DNA of 64,000 nt from an uncultured Sphaerochaeta sp. Its GTDB lineage: Bacteria; Spirochaetota; Spirochaetia; Sphaerochaetales; Sphaerochaetaceae. A program made the position numbers and the translations under genes. Each line of letters starts with the position of its first letter. Position 1 is the first letter of the stretch. Shown here piece after piece: positions 49,494 to 59,313 of the stretch. The stretch covers positions 16,185-80,184 of the forward strand of contig CAXXCW010000021.1 in assembly GCA_963662725.2 (NCBI GenBank), given 5' to 3'. The notes below the pieces were generated by a model that had not been told where the DNA came from, did not search any database, and saw nothing but the letters and a program-made list of their open reading frames with translations.

Positions 49494-51389
49494 TCAGGCA
49501 TCCCAGGCCTGTTCCAGCTGTTCGGCAGTCAGGTTCCAAGGTCGGAACTGTGACCAGTCGACATCCTTGGCCTTGGCTTCCGAATTCATTATCACCGTAA
49601 TCTTGTCCAACAGGAACTTCAGGTATAGCGTAGGATTGATTTTGTTGAGTATCGCAGTCTGCATCACAGTCATGAGCTTTGTCCAGGCGAGGGCTCCCCG
49701 CTCGGTGGAGGCAAAAAGACTGTTTTTACGTGAAATTACGAAGGTTTTCACCTCCCGCTCCTGAAAATTGTTGTCGCAGGACAGCTCGCTGCTCGCCAGA
49801 TAATTCTTGAGGTATTGCATCTGGTTCAGAATATAGTTGAGAGCCTTTCTCAGCTTCACTTCACTCTGATGGAGTGGCACCCGTTCCTTTGCATACGTTT
49901 CAAGGGATGCAAGTACAGGCTCTGCCAATTTTTTCCTCTCTGCTAGGAATTCAGCTTCATCCGAATTGTCCCCGGGGCGTTTGGCACGCAGAGTCTCCTC
50001 AATTTCATACAGTTTGCCGATCAGCCCCAGGATGGTGTTGCAAGTGAGGAACCCTTCGCTTTCCGGGAGTTTCTTGTAAATTGCCTTGAAGCAGACAAAG
50101 ATTCCTCTGCGAGCATGAGCGAGGCAACCTGCCAGTACGATACCCTTTTCAAGGAGTGCCTCGGTATCCTGCAGGAACTGCTTGGCTGCCTCTTCCCCTT
50201 CCTCCTGTTCAACCGTTTTGGCAAGGTTTTCGTTTATTTCATTTGTGATGCTTGAATAAGCTCCATAGGCATCTGTTTGGAGGGCAATTCCTCTGCAGTC
50301 ACCGAACAGTTGCCTTGCATAATCATATCCTCTGGTGTTGTAGAAACGAAAATAGGAGGCAGGGTGATCGTTTCCCTCGTAGGAAAGAGCCCAGACATAA
50401 CCGAGTGCGCTCTTCTTCCTTTCTGTGTTGTGGATACACAACAATGTAGTCTCATCGCCGTGAATGGCCTTCTGGCCCTTGATGTAGGAAAGGATGTCCT
50501 CCCATACGGGAGTTACCAGGTCCCCTGCAGCAAGAAAATAGGAATTCAATAGCTGGGCATCCACGATGTTGGAGCTGTTTATCATGTTGATGCGCTTAGC
50601 CTGGCGGTAGATGGGCAGCCCCCAGAGGACCTTGTCTGCGACAACAGCGGCGGCCGCCCCGTTGGTCAGCTTCCCGCCCTTGACGAAATCGGGGGCCAGC
50701 TTGTTGCGCAGGGAGACGACCTTGCCATCCTTGTCACTGTAGAGATGGGTTATGGTCACCTTGTTGCGGTAATGCCCCCTGACAAAGTCAAACTGGCTGT
50801 GTGTCTCGGTCTTTATGAACGTGAGGGTGGCCGCATACTCTGCATCTGAGACTTCCCTGAGGTCATTGTTCACCTCGTGGCGTGGAAGTACATCGAAAGA
50901 GGACATGTTCCTTCCTCGGGTGTGCACCCCAGGCTGTCGCCCCCATTTTTTCTTGTCGTCCTCAAGCTTTACGGGTTTGTCTCCAAGTATCTCGGCAATG
51001 ACGGCATCATTGGAAGTCTGGGGAGGGGCATCCGCCTCGGCTATATCAAGGTCTCTGATCCTTTCCTGGTTGGTGATGGTGTGCTCGGCAAGGTCCTTCC
51101 TGAGTTGCTTCAGTTCCTTGCTGCTCTGCTTCTCTGTCTTTGCTGCCCAGAGCATGCACTTGTCGATGGAGATGTTTTCCTGGAGGCTGTCGACAAAGAC
51201 AAGCAGCCTGTTGTAGTCCCCAAGGGTTTTGGAATGGGTGGCATCGAGGGCATCATACTTGAGTACAGACCCTTCGTACCGCTTGTTTGCAGCCTTCACC
51301 GAAAGGGTCAGGGCAGCCACTTTAGCTTCCAATATATCGATGCGTTTTTGTTTGTCGTCTTCGGTTTCCATCATGGGTAATGATAGCAT
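49494..51389 (-). CDS. tnpC: IS66 transposase TnpC
   Basis: N-terminal coiled coil, LPIYRQ, HGDET, LQTDAYGAY, CLAHARR, DNNFQER, RKNSLF. Confidence 0.92.
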   Translation of the reverse strand: MLSLPMMETEDDKQKRIDILEAKVAALTLSVKAANKRYEGSVLKYDALDATHSKTLGDYNRLLVFVDSLQENISIDKCMLWAAKTEKQSSKELKQLRKDLAEHTITNQERIRDLDIAEADAPPQTSNDAVIAEILGDKPVKLEDDKKKWGRQPGVHTRGRNMSSFDVLPRHEVNNDLREVSDAEYAATLTFIKTETHSQFDFVRGHYRNKVTITHLYSDKDGKVVSLRNKLAPDFVKGGKLTNGAAAAVVADKVLWGLPIYRQAKRINMINSSNIVDAQLLNSYFLAAGDLVTPVWEDILSYIKGQKAIHGDETTLLCIHNTERKKSALGYVWALSYEGNDHPASYFRFYNTRGYDYARQLFGDCRGIALQTDAYGAYSSITNEINENLAKTVEQEEGEEAAKQFLQDTEALLEKGIVLAGCLAHARRGIFVCFKAIYKKLPESEGFLTCNTILGLIGKLYEIEETLRAKRPGDNSDEAEFLAERKKLAEPVLASLETYAKERVPLHQSEVKLRKALNYILNQMQYLKNYLASSELSCDNNFQEREVKTFVISRKNSLFASTERGALAWTKLMTVMQTAILNKINPTLYLKFLLDKITVIMNSEAKAKDVDWSQFRPWNLTAEQLEQAWDA

Positions 51390-51468
51390 TTCATAAGGGA
51401 AAGCACAATGGTTTTACAGGATAAAAATACATATTATTCCTTTTCGTATATGTATTTAAACTGCTTGT

Positions 51469-51843
51469 TCAGGACAGTTGGGAACATGCTTTGAGAGCCT
51501 TTCTACGGTATTCTCCTGGGTCTGCAGCAAGGCTTCTGACCTGTTCGAAGAGGGCCTCCCGAGAGATTTCATCACCATCCTGTTGGGGCCATATGAACTT
51601 TTGGTTGAGGATCTTGCGTGTTAGGCACCACCAGCCGTTGCCTTCCCAGAAGAGGAATCGCAGCTGATTTCTGCTCTTGCTGCAGAATACGAAGACCGCG
51701 CCGCTGAGTGCGGCATCTGCATTGGTGCCCACGGCACAGGCGGCGAGCATGTCGATTCCCCACCTGAAGTCCGTGTTGCCTATCCTGATGAAGAACCTCT
51801 TGGATTCCAGGGCATGGATGAAGGGCCTATCTGTTTGTTTCAA
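51469..51843 (-). CDS. IS66 accessory protein TnpB
   Basis: TDFRWGID.L, VFVFCSKSRNQLRFLFWEGNG, FIWP. Confidence 0.85.
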   Translation of the reverse strand: MKQTDRPFIHALESKRFFIRIGNTDFRWGIDMLAACAVGTNADAALSGAVFVFCSKSRNQLRFLFWEGNGWWCLTRKILNQKFIWPQQDGDEISREALFEQVRSLAADPGEYRRKALKACSQLS

Positions 51844-52237
51844 GGTAGTCCTCCAAGAAGAAGAGATGGTCCATGTGCCTGATGGTCGATGGCAGGCTCG
51901 CTACCTGTAGCATCACCCTCATCCTGATCCTCTCAATATAGAGGGTGTCCCCTGAAAAAAGGTCCTCGCCCTCGGGCCTTCCCGAAAGGACCTCTACCAT
52001 GGAAAAGGTCTCGCTACTGAAAAGGCTTGTCTTTTCCCCGGGTTTCTTCTTGCATTCCAAGGCCTTGGCAGCTAACACCGCCTCAGTCACCTCCGTTGCA
52101 GCCAGGATCTTCCAGCATTCAAGCTCCTGAATTTTGATCTTGTGATGTTTGCAGAACACGACATCAGTCATGCCCTGTTTTCTGGCATTGTATTGGGTAA
52201 GGATGCTGCGTCTGTATAAAGTAAGTCTGGTAGCCAT
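51827..52237 (-). CDS. IS66 accessory protein TnpA-like
   Basis: First ORF of the element, AAGGAG SD, HTH-like GMT..FC....I......W. Confidence 0.7.
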   Translation of the reverse strand: MATRLTLYRRSILTQYNARKQGMTDVVFCKHHKIKIQELECWKILAATEVTEAVLAAKALECKKKPGEKTSLFSSETFSMVEVLSGRPEGEDLFSGDTLYIERIRMRVMLQVASLPSTIRHMDHLFFLEDYLETNR

Positions 52238-52480
52238 ATCAATTCTCCTTGCCCAGACGATAAAGGATTGGAGTTATCATTGAAATGACGTATTGGTATG
52301 AAGCTTACAAATGACGTATTGGTATGAAGCTTACCTTAAAAAGTGTGTATTCATGTCTCATGGTCACTAGTTTTGATGTGTATTTTTGATGTAAGTCAAG
52401 GGTAGGTGAGTTGGAGTTAAAAAGAAAAGATACCAGCTATTTAGCCAGTATCTTTTTTCTTTGTAAGAGTTTGTTCGTAC

Positions 52481-52554
<74 letters not shown>

Positions 52555-52759
52555 GTATTGTAACGGTGAAACAGTATCCCAAATTAAGAAAAAGGTAAAG
52601 ACGCTACAGGAATTTTATGCTTTTCGAATTGAGCCGTTTTATGATGTTGGCAATATGGTTGTACAAAATACCTTTGCAGGACTTGCCAGGTAAAGGGTTT
52701 ATTGGTATAGTATAAGTAACCTAGTATTAAACTAGGATTTAAAACTTGGAGGTTTTATT

Positions 52760-53374
52760 ATGTTTTCACAATATTCAATACCCTATAATTTTGATGCTTT
52801 GGAGCCACACATTGACAAACTTACCATGGAGACCCATTACACCAAACACCATGCAGGCTATACAAAAAACCTTAATGCTGCCATAGACAAGGATTCTTCC
52901 TTAGAAAAGAAGACCATCGAACAGATACTTGGGGATCTAGTTTCCATTTCTGATACGAGTCTCCGTACGACCATCCGCAACAATGGGGGAGGGTTTTACA
53001 ACCATAACCTCTATTTCTCCACCATAGCCCCTGATGGGGCAAAGAGTCCGAAAGGCAAATTGGATGATCAGATCAAGAGGGATTTCGGTAGCCTCGATTC
53101 TCTCAAGGATGCGATGGCCAAGGCGGCCTCTTCCCGTTTTGGATCCGGATGGGCATTCCTTTCGGTAGACAAGGATGGCAAGCTCTCAGTTGCTTCTTAC
53201 CCTAACCAGGACAATCCACTCATGGACAATAAGGGCGTCACTCCGATCCTTGGCATCGATGTCTGGGAACATGCATATTATCTGAAGTATAAGAACCTCA
53301 GAGGTGATTATATACAGGCTTTCTGGAATGTTGTTGACTGGGATGCTGTTGGGGATCTCTTCAACAAGCAGTAG
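52760..53374 (+). CDS. sodA: Fe/Mn superoxide dismutase (Mn-type signature)
   Basis: ALEPHI, HYTKHH, NNGGG, FGSGWA, NQDNP, DVWEHAYY. Confidence 0.93.
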   Translation: MFSQYSIPYNFDALEPHIDKLTMETHYTKHHAGYTKNLNAAIDKDSSLEKKTIEQILGDLVSISDTSLRTTIRNNGGGFYNHNLYFSTIAPDGAKSPKGKLDDQIKRDFGSLDSLKDAMAKAASSRFGSGWAFLSVDKDGKLSVASYPNQDNPLMDNKGVTPILGIDVWEHAYYLKYKNLRGDYIQAFWNVVDWDAVGDLFNKQ

Positions 53375-53402
53375 TGTTTCATCTCCTTTTCATGTGTTTC
53401 CC

Positions 53403-53440
53403 GCCCTCTCTTCACCTCCTTTGACGAGAGGGCTTTCTTA
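53403..53440 (+). terminator. intrinsic terminator of sodA, also the intron insertion site
   Basis: GCCCTCTC...GAGAGGGC followed by TTTCTTA. Confidence 0.65.
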
Positions 53441-53775
53441 GTGTGCTCGGTGTGAGCCTTCTCTAAAGGGTGAAAGTCCCAAGTATATGGCCAAGTGCAA
53501 GGGTGTCCTCCGTGAGGGGGGCTCCGGAGAAAGCTGGTGGCATCAGGTCCCTTGGCTATGGATTCTTCTATGATTCGAAGGAAAAGTGATGGGAGCTCTG
53601 TATTCACAAGAAGACAGAGACGAAGCTCAAGGCAAGAATTGGGGAGATAGCACCACCAGGCAACGGATGGCCGGTACAATACCGACAGGAAAAGAATACC
53701 CTGCCCATAAGAGGTTGGATTGCTTACTTCAAGCTAGCCAAATGCAAGGCAAAATTAAAGAAGCTTGACCAATGC
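53441..53775 (+). mobile_element. internally deleted group IIC intron remnant
   Basis: Starts GTGTG right after a terminator; GGGTGAAAGTCCC and GCAAGGGTGTCC...AAGC.GG.GGCA domain I motifs; from 53551 reads LGYGFFY...LKARI...IRGWIAYFKLA...LD (RT7 and maturase X) with a stop at 53587. Confidence 0.8.
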
Positions 53776-53990
53776 CTGTGAGCCAGCTTCCTGCTACCAC
53801 TTGAATTCATTTCTGTAGGCAGATGTTTCCTTGTACGTATGGTCATGGGTTCTCTGCCTGTCATCGGTATACCCTTCAAAGACCGTGATCCTTTCATGAA
53901 GCATCTTGTTGTAGATAGCTGTCGAACATCCGAAAGTCTTGCAGGTATGTTCTATCCGTTTGCCTGCTGGGCATACTGATTCATGCATGG
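53770..53990 (-). pseudogene. IS200/IS605 TnpB N-terminal remnant
   Basis: KTFGCSTAIYNKMLHERI...YRNEFKW*QEAGSQAL matches the OrfB/TnpB N-terminal pattern; in-frame stop, no RuvC part. Confidence 0.7.
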
Positions 53991-54281
53991 CAAGTAGACG
54001 GAGGCTCACCAGCCAAGTAAAGGGAAATGGCAAGAAGAGACCAGAAGAAACCGGGGAGAGATCAGGCAGATTCATACGCCCCCTGATGGGGACTGCGCCT
54101 CTTCACCCAAGAGGTTGAAAGTCATCGTGTTTTACATTCCCTTGTTTTCAGGAATGTATCAGGTGGTCTGTCAGCCAATAATTGGCTCAAAAATAACAGA
54201 ATCCTTAACAAAATAGCTGAAACGTCGTGGTTGTTAACCGTGATAGCCCGTGGTAGCCTTTTTGCAAGACAGGGAGGGGCC

Positions 54282-55319
54282 ATGCGGACATACCATTATC
54301 TTACGCTATTTTTGCTCAGTATTGCCATTTTTCCCCTGTTCGCATCTGGCGTATATGAAGACCGTGAATTTCCAGTGGAAAACCAGAGAACCCTCACCGT
54401 GTATAGCCCACATGATTCCCAGCCTTTGTATGCCGCAGTAAAAGAATTTCAGGAAATCACTGGGATTTCCGTGAATGTTGTCTCCTCAGGTACCGGAGAG
54501 CTGCTTGAACGTATCAGACGGGAAAATGAGGAAGGGGAACCCCTCTGTGATGTGTTCTGGGGAGGAGGAGCTGAGTCAATTGCAGCAAATGCAGATCTCT
54601 TCGAACCCTTTACCTCTGTCTTTGACGATTGGATACCCAAAGAAAGCAAAGATCCCAATTTTCTCTGGGTTGGAGAATCACCTGCACCGGTAGTGATTAT
54701 CTACAATACGATTCTAGTTTCACCGGAAGAAGTCCCGACTGCATGGTCTGACTTGCTTCTTCCCAAGTGGAGAGGAAAGATTGCTTGTGCCAGACCCGGC
54801 AAGTCCGGTTCTGCCTATACCTTGCTCTGTACCATGCTGACTGCTTTTGGTGGGGAAGAAGGAGAAGGGTGGCCCTTTATCCGCAAATTCGTAGAGAATC
54901 TCGAGGGGAAGCTGCTGGATAACTCAGCGGACACCTATCGCCTGGTTGCTGATGGGACCTTCTCCATCGGCCTCAGTCAGGAAAAATCTGCGCAGACCTA
55001 TATCCAAAGCGGGGCACGTCTGGGCATCTCCTATCCACAAGAAGGGACCAGTGCAGTCCCTGATGCGATAGCTCTCGTCAAGGGGTGCAACAATCGGGAG
55101 CCGGCCCTCCAATTTGTGCATTTTCTTCTGGGTCAGGATAACCAGAATATGATGGCGACCTTGTATAACCGTAGGCCTGTACGCACAGATTTGCTGCCAC
55201 CGAAAGGTTTGCCCCCCCTGAGTTCCATCAAGCTGGTTGCCTATGACTTGGATTGGGCGGCAGGCAGCAAACAAGAGATCCTTCACACTTGGAATACCAT
55301 TGCCTCTGGGCACGAGTAG
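54282..55319 (+). CDS. ABC substrate-binding protein (AfuA-like), possibly sensory
   Basis: Signal peptide, VYSPH, GTGELL, DVFWGG, PGKSGSAY, YPQEGT. Confidence 0.9.
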   Translation: MRTYHYLTLFLLSIAIFPLFASGVYEDREFPVENQRTLTVYSPHDSQPLYAAVKEFQEITGISVNVVSSGTGELLERIRRENEEGEPLCDVFWGGGAESIAANADLFEPFTSVFDDWIPKESKDPNFLWVGESPAPVVIIYNTILVSPEEVPTAWSDLLLPKWRGKIACARPGKSGSAYTLLCTMLTAFGGEEGEGWPFIRKFVENLEGKLLDNSADTYRLVADGTFSIGLSQEKSAQTYIQSGARLGISYPQEGTSAVPDAIALVKGCNNREPALQFVHFLLGQDNQNMMATLYNRRPVRTDLLPPKGLPPLSSIKLVAYDLDWAAGSKQEILHTWNTIASGHE

Positions 55320-55418
55320 CACAGAATTCAAACCATAAGGCAGAGAAGACGTAAGTAATTTCAGTAGAAGCAGCTGCAATAGTCTTGTTGCGCTTTGACA
55401 TCAATAAGGAGGTCTTTC

Positions 55419-56438
55419 ATGAAGAAAGCCATGGTAGTAGTTTGTTTGATTATCGGGATCAGTAGCCTTGCTTTTGCCACAGGGGCAAAGGAAGAGTCGC
55501 TGAGCACTGCGAAAGGATCTGTGACAGTATACTCTCCCCACGAATCGGGACCATTGAACGCAGGGGTGAAAGCATTCCAGGATGCTACTGGAATAACAGT
55601 GGATGTGGTTGCCGCCGGTTCGGGGGAATTGCTAAAAAGGATTGAGGCGGAAAATGCAAATCCCCTTTGTGATGTGTTCTGGGGAGGCGGGGCTGAGTCT
55701 GCAGCTGCATTCGCTCAGTATTTTGAGCCTTTCCAATCCTCTTCTGATGCAAACATCCCTTCAGCAAGCAAGGCAGCAGATAACACATGGATTGGAGAAT
55801 CTCCGGTTCCTGTGGTGATCATGTACAACAAGGATCTTGTCAGCGAAGATGAGGCTCCAAAAGGCTGGGCTGATCTTCTGGATCCCAAGTGGAAAGGAAA
55901 AATTGCGTTTGCCGACCCTGCTAAATCGGGTTCCGCCTATACGTTGTTGTGCACCATGATAAGTGCCTTCGGGAAAGAAGATGGGAAAGGTTGGGACTTT
56001 ATTGCTAAATTGGTTGCCAATCTCGATGGGAAAATCCAGGGAAGCTCGTCCAACTCCTACAAATTGGTTGCTGATGGTGAGTACTACCTTGGCCTGACCC
56101 AGGAGAAATCAGTGCAGACGTATGTATTGGCCGGTGCCAATGTAGGCATGGTCTATGCAAAGGAAGGAACTTCAGCTGTCCCTGATTCCATTGCCATTGT
56201 CAAAGGTGCAAAAAATCCTGAGAATGCAAAGACCTTTGTCAACTTCATGCTCGGCAAGGAAAACCAGTCTATAATGCGTGATGATTTCAATCGCCGTCCT
56301 GTCCGCGATGATTTGGCTCCTCCCACAGGCCTCCCTCCCATGTCTGATATAAAGCTTGTGAACTATGATTTTGCCTGGGCTTCGCTGAACAAGGCGGAAA
56401 TACTTACCAAGTGGAAGAATATTGTAGTCGGTCGGTAA
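55419..56438 (+). CDS. ABC substrate-binding protein (AfuA-like)
   Basis: AAGGAGG SD, signal peptide FATGAKE, DVFWGG, DPAKSGSAY. Confidence 0.92.
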   Translation: MKKAMVVVCLIIGISSLAFATGAKEESLSTAKGSVTVYSPHESGPLNAGVKAFQDATGITVDVVAAGSGELLKRIEAENANPLCDVFWGGGAESAAAFAQYFEPFQSSSDANIPSASKAADNTWIGESPVPVVIMYNKDLVSEDEAPKGWADLLDPKWKGKIAFADPAKSGSAYTLLCTMISAFGKEDGKGWDFIAKLVANLDGKIQGSSSNSYKLVADGEYYLGLTQEKSVQTYVLAGANVGMVYAKEGTSAVPDSIAIVKGAKNPENAKTFVNFMLGKENQSIMRDDFNRRPVRDDLAPPTGLPPMSDIKLVNYDFAWASLNKAEILTKWKNIVVGR

Positions 56439-56493
56439 AGCCCCTGTAGCTGGGATGCCATTCGGTGCCCTGGCGCACATCAAGAGAAGTCAG

Positions 56494-56520
56494 TAGGGGC
56501 TCTCCATTGAGAGCCCCCTA
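56494..56520 (+). terminator. intra-operon stem-loop after the binding-protein gene
   Basis: GGGGCTCTC-catt-GAGAGCCCC without a U-tract; likely mRNA stabiliser or partial terminator. Confidence 0.5.
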
Positions 56521-56543
56521 CCACTATACAAGGATAGGACCAG

Positions 56544-57611
56544 ATGAGTCATGCAGTGAACATACAAAAAGCAGTAAAGAGATATGGAAATTTTGTTGCG
56601 GTGAACGCAGTGGACATTTCCATCAAACCGGGGGAGTTTTTCACCCTCCTCGGCCCTTCAGGGTGTGGAAAGACTACCTTGTTGAGAATGATAGCTGGCT
56701 TCAATTCCATAGATGGTGGAGAGATATATTTTGACAAAACGGTCATCAATCATGTGGAAGCCCATAAAAGGGACATTGGCATGGTATTCCAGAATTACGC
56801 CATTTTCCCCCATATGAATGTTTCAGAAAATGTGGCTTATGGCCTTAAGGCACGAAAAGTGGATTCGGCAAGCATAATGCGGAAGGTAGAGAAAGCCTTG
56901 GAGCAAGTGCAAATACAGGCTCTCGCTTCCAGGAAACCCTCAGAACTTTCAGGCGGACAACAACAAAGGGTGGCATTGGCACGTGCAATAGTGATAGAAC
57001 CTGGGGTGCTTCTTATGGATGAGCCCTTGTCGAATCTTGACGCCAAGCTCCGGGTTCAGATGCGCACAGTCATAAAGAAACTGCAAAGGAAACTTGGCAT
57101 CACCACCATATATGTCACCCACGACCAGGAGGAAGCCCTTGCTATCAGCGACCGGATTGCTGTCATGAAGGATGGTTCCATCATACAGGTCGGTACCCCA
57201 TTGGAGATCTACAAGAAACCTTCAGATCCCTTTGTCGCCGGATTTATTGGGACATCCAACTTTTTGGATGCAACGGTAGACTCTGGCTCATCAGAAAACA
57301 CGACTGTGGAAAAGACCTACAGATGTACGCTACCTTTGGTGAAGGATTTCACAGGTGATGTGCTTGTCTCCATCCGTCCAGAACATTTTTTCTTCTCTGA
57401 TGCTGGGCTTCGTGGCACCATTGTCCTTTCTACCTTCCTTGGTGATTTTATCAACTATGAAGTCAAATTGGAAAATGGACGTACCGTGGAGCTGAATGAA
57501 TATACCAAGGATATGGATGATCTTCGCGAAAATGACAGTGAGGTGCATTTGTCTTTTCTCTGTGACAAGGTGAGTGTGTTTGATGCTCATACGAAGGAGG
57601 TGCTCACATGA
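56544..57611 (+). CDS. ABC ATP-binding protein (AfuC/FbpC-like)
   Basis: GPSGCGKT, LSGGQQQR, MDEPLSNLDAKLR. Confidence 0.95.
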   Translation: MSHAVNIQKAVKRYGNFVAVNAVDISIKPGEFFTLLGPSGCGKTTLLRMIAGFNSIDGGEIYFDKTVINHVEAHKRDIGMVFQNYAIFPHMNVSENVAYGLKARKVDSASIMRKVEKALEQVQIQALASRKPSELSGGQQQRVALARAIVIEPGVLLMDEPLSNLDAKLRVQMRTVIKKLQRKLGITTIYVTHDQEEALAISDRIAVMKDGSIIQVGTPLEIYKKPSDPFVAGFIGTSNFLDATVDSGSSENTTVEKTYRCTLPLVKDFTGDVLVSIRPEHFFFSDAGLRGTIVLSTFLGDFINYEVKLENGRTVELNEYTKDMDDLRENDSEVHLSFLCDKVSVFDAHTKEVLT

Positions 57612-59272
57612 TAGCTGTGCACCCATTTGTGAAGCGAATGTTTGAGTTTTGGAACCTGACACGGTTTGTAATCTTTCTCGCCATCCTCCTGTTTCTTGTA
57701 TTTCCCTTCTCATCCCTGATATTCCAAAGCTTCTTCACACCTAAAGGCAGCAGTCTCACTTTGGTGAATTATAGGGACTTCTTCTCCCTGCCATACTACT
57801 ATACGACCTTGCAAAGAAGCCTTTCCGTTGCATTTACGACGATGCTGACCACCTTGGCAATAGGAATCCCTGTTTCCTATCTCATGACACGCTATAACAT
57901 CCTAGGGAAGAGGATCCTCCATGTGATGATCATCATGTCCCTGATGTCACCCCCATTCATCGGGGCCTACTCCTGGATTGTGCTCTTCGGTCGTGCAGGT
58001 TTTGTCACAAAGATATTCAAAAGTATGGGGATCATCACACCGACAATCTATGGCAGGGGTGGGATCATCATCATATTTACCCTGATGATGTTCCCTTATA
58101 TCTATTTGTATGTTTCGGGGGCTATGACCAGTATAGACAGGTCTCTTGAAGAGGCTGCGGAGAACTTGGGATCGCCCAAACTTAGACGCCTGATGACCAT
58201 AACCCTGCCAGTGGTGTTCCCCTCCATTGCAGCAGGAGCAATCATTGTCTTCATGACTGCATTGGCCGATTTTGGTACCCCCATGCTGATCGGGGAGGGG
58301 TATAAGGTCCTTCCTGTACTCATATATGAGGAATATATGTCAGAAATGGGAGGCAATGCCAACCTGGCAAGTGCTCTGAGTGTCGTCATCGTCTGCTGTT
58401 CGATCATCGTATTGCTGACCCAACGTTGGCTTGTGGCCAAGAAAAACTACACCATGACCGCAATGAGGCCTCCTGTAGTCGTGGAACTCAAGGGCTTCAA
58501 ACGCTTCTTGGCATCCTTTCCAGTCTACCTCATAGCAGGGTTTGCTATCCTTCCACAGATAGTCGTGCTCATAACCTCGTTCATCCAAACCCGTGGCCCT
58601 ATTTTTGTAGGGGGATTCAGCCTTGACAGTTACAAGAACATCCTATACCGCCTGTCCAAGCCAATTTCAAATACCTATGTGTACTCAGTCATCTCCATTG
58701 TGTTCATTGTGATGGTCGGTATGCTCATTGCCTACCTCATAGTGAGAAAGAAGGGCAAGACCGCTTTGGCCCTTGATATCCTGGTTATGTTTCCGTATGT
58801 GATACCCGGTTCGGTATTGGGAATCAGCCTGCTGGTCGCTTTCAATAATCCGCCACTGCTGCTAACCGGGACTCCCATGATACTCATAGTCTCCTATGTC
58901 ATTCGGAAATTACCGTTTACCGTTCGTTCCTGCAGCGCCTTTCTGCATCAGATGGATCCCGTGATCGAGGAAGCATCCATCAGCCTAGGGGTTTCACCGA
59001 TGAGAACCTTTTGGAAGATTACGGTGAGGGTTATGGCTCCTGGTGTTATTTCTGGAGCAATTCTCAGTTGGATAACCTGTATCAATGAGTTGAGTTCCAG
59101 TATCATGCTATATACAGGAAAGACGGCAACAATTGCCGTCGCCATCTATACTGAAGTGGTTCGAAATAGTTTTGGCACTGCAGCAGCTCTGGCTTCCATA
59201 TTATCTGTCACAACAGCAATATCACTTCTGATCTTTATGAAGGTCAGTCATGGGAAAGTCTCAATTGTATGA
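57608..59272 (+). CDS. ABC permease, fused double domain (AfuB/FbpB-like)
   Basis: PPFIGAYSW, EEAAENLG, ADFGTP, EEASISLG. Confidence 0.93.
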   Translation: MIAVHPFVKRMFEFWNLTRFVIFLAILLFLVFPFSSLIFQSFFTPKGSSLTLVNYRDFFSLPYYYTTLQRSLSVAFTTMLTTLAIGIPVSYLMTRYNILGKRILHVMIIMSLMSPPFIGAYSWIVLFGRAGFVTKIFKSMGIITPTIYGRGGIIIIFTLMMFPYIYLYVSGAMTSIDRSLEEAAENLGSPKLRRLMTITLPVVFPSIAAGAIIVFMTALADFGTPMLIGEGYKVLPVLIYEEYMSEMGGNANLASALSVVIVCCSIIVLLTQRWLVAKKNYTMTAMRPPVVVELKGFKRFLASFPVYLIAGFAILPQIVVLITSFIQTRGPIFVGGFSLDSYKNILYRLSKPISNTYVYSVISIVFIVMVGMLIAYLIVRKKGKTALALDILVMFPYVIPGSVLGISLLVAFNNPPLLLTGTPMILIVSYVIRKLPFTVRSCSAFLHQMDPVIEEASISLGVSPMRTFWKITVRVMAPGVISGAILSWITCINELSSSIMLYTGKTATIAVAIYTEVVRNSFGTAAALASILSVTTAISLLIFMKVSHGKVSIV

Positions 59273-59313
59273 TAGGATTGGTGATATGCTAGGCTGAGGG
59301 TAAGGAAAATACT

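Larger units (their letters stand above)
49395..52334 (-). mobile_element. IS66 family insertion sequence
   Basis: Inverted repeats GTAAGCTTCATACCAA(C/T)ACGT at 49395 and ending at 52308/52334; tnpA-tnpB-tnpC inside. Confidence 0.92.

Noticed and set aside
51469-51843. IS66 TnpB as an RNA-guided nuclease
   Set aside because: Same name only; it is the small IS66 accessory protein, unrelated to IS200/IS605 TnpB
52283-52334. 26-bp repeat as a CRISPR repeat
   Set aside because: Only two copies, no spacer, identical to the IS66 terminal repeat; no cas genes in the window
47200-52480. tRNA-Arg-anchored genomic island
   Set aside because: No integrase and no duplicated tRNA 3' end found by eye; only an IS66 is supported
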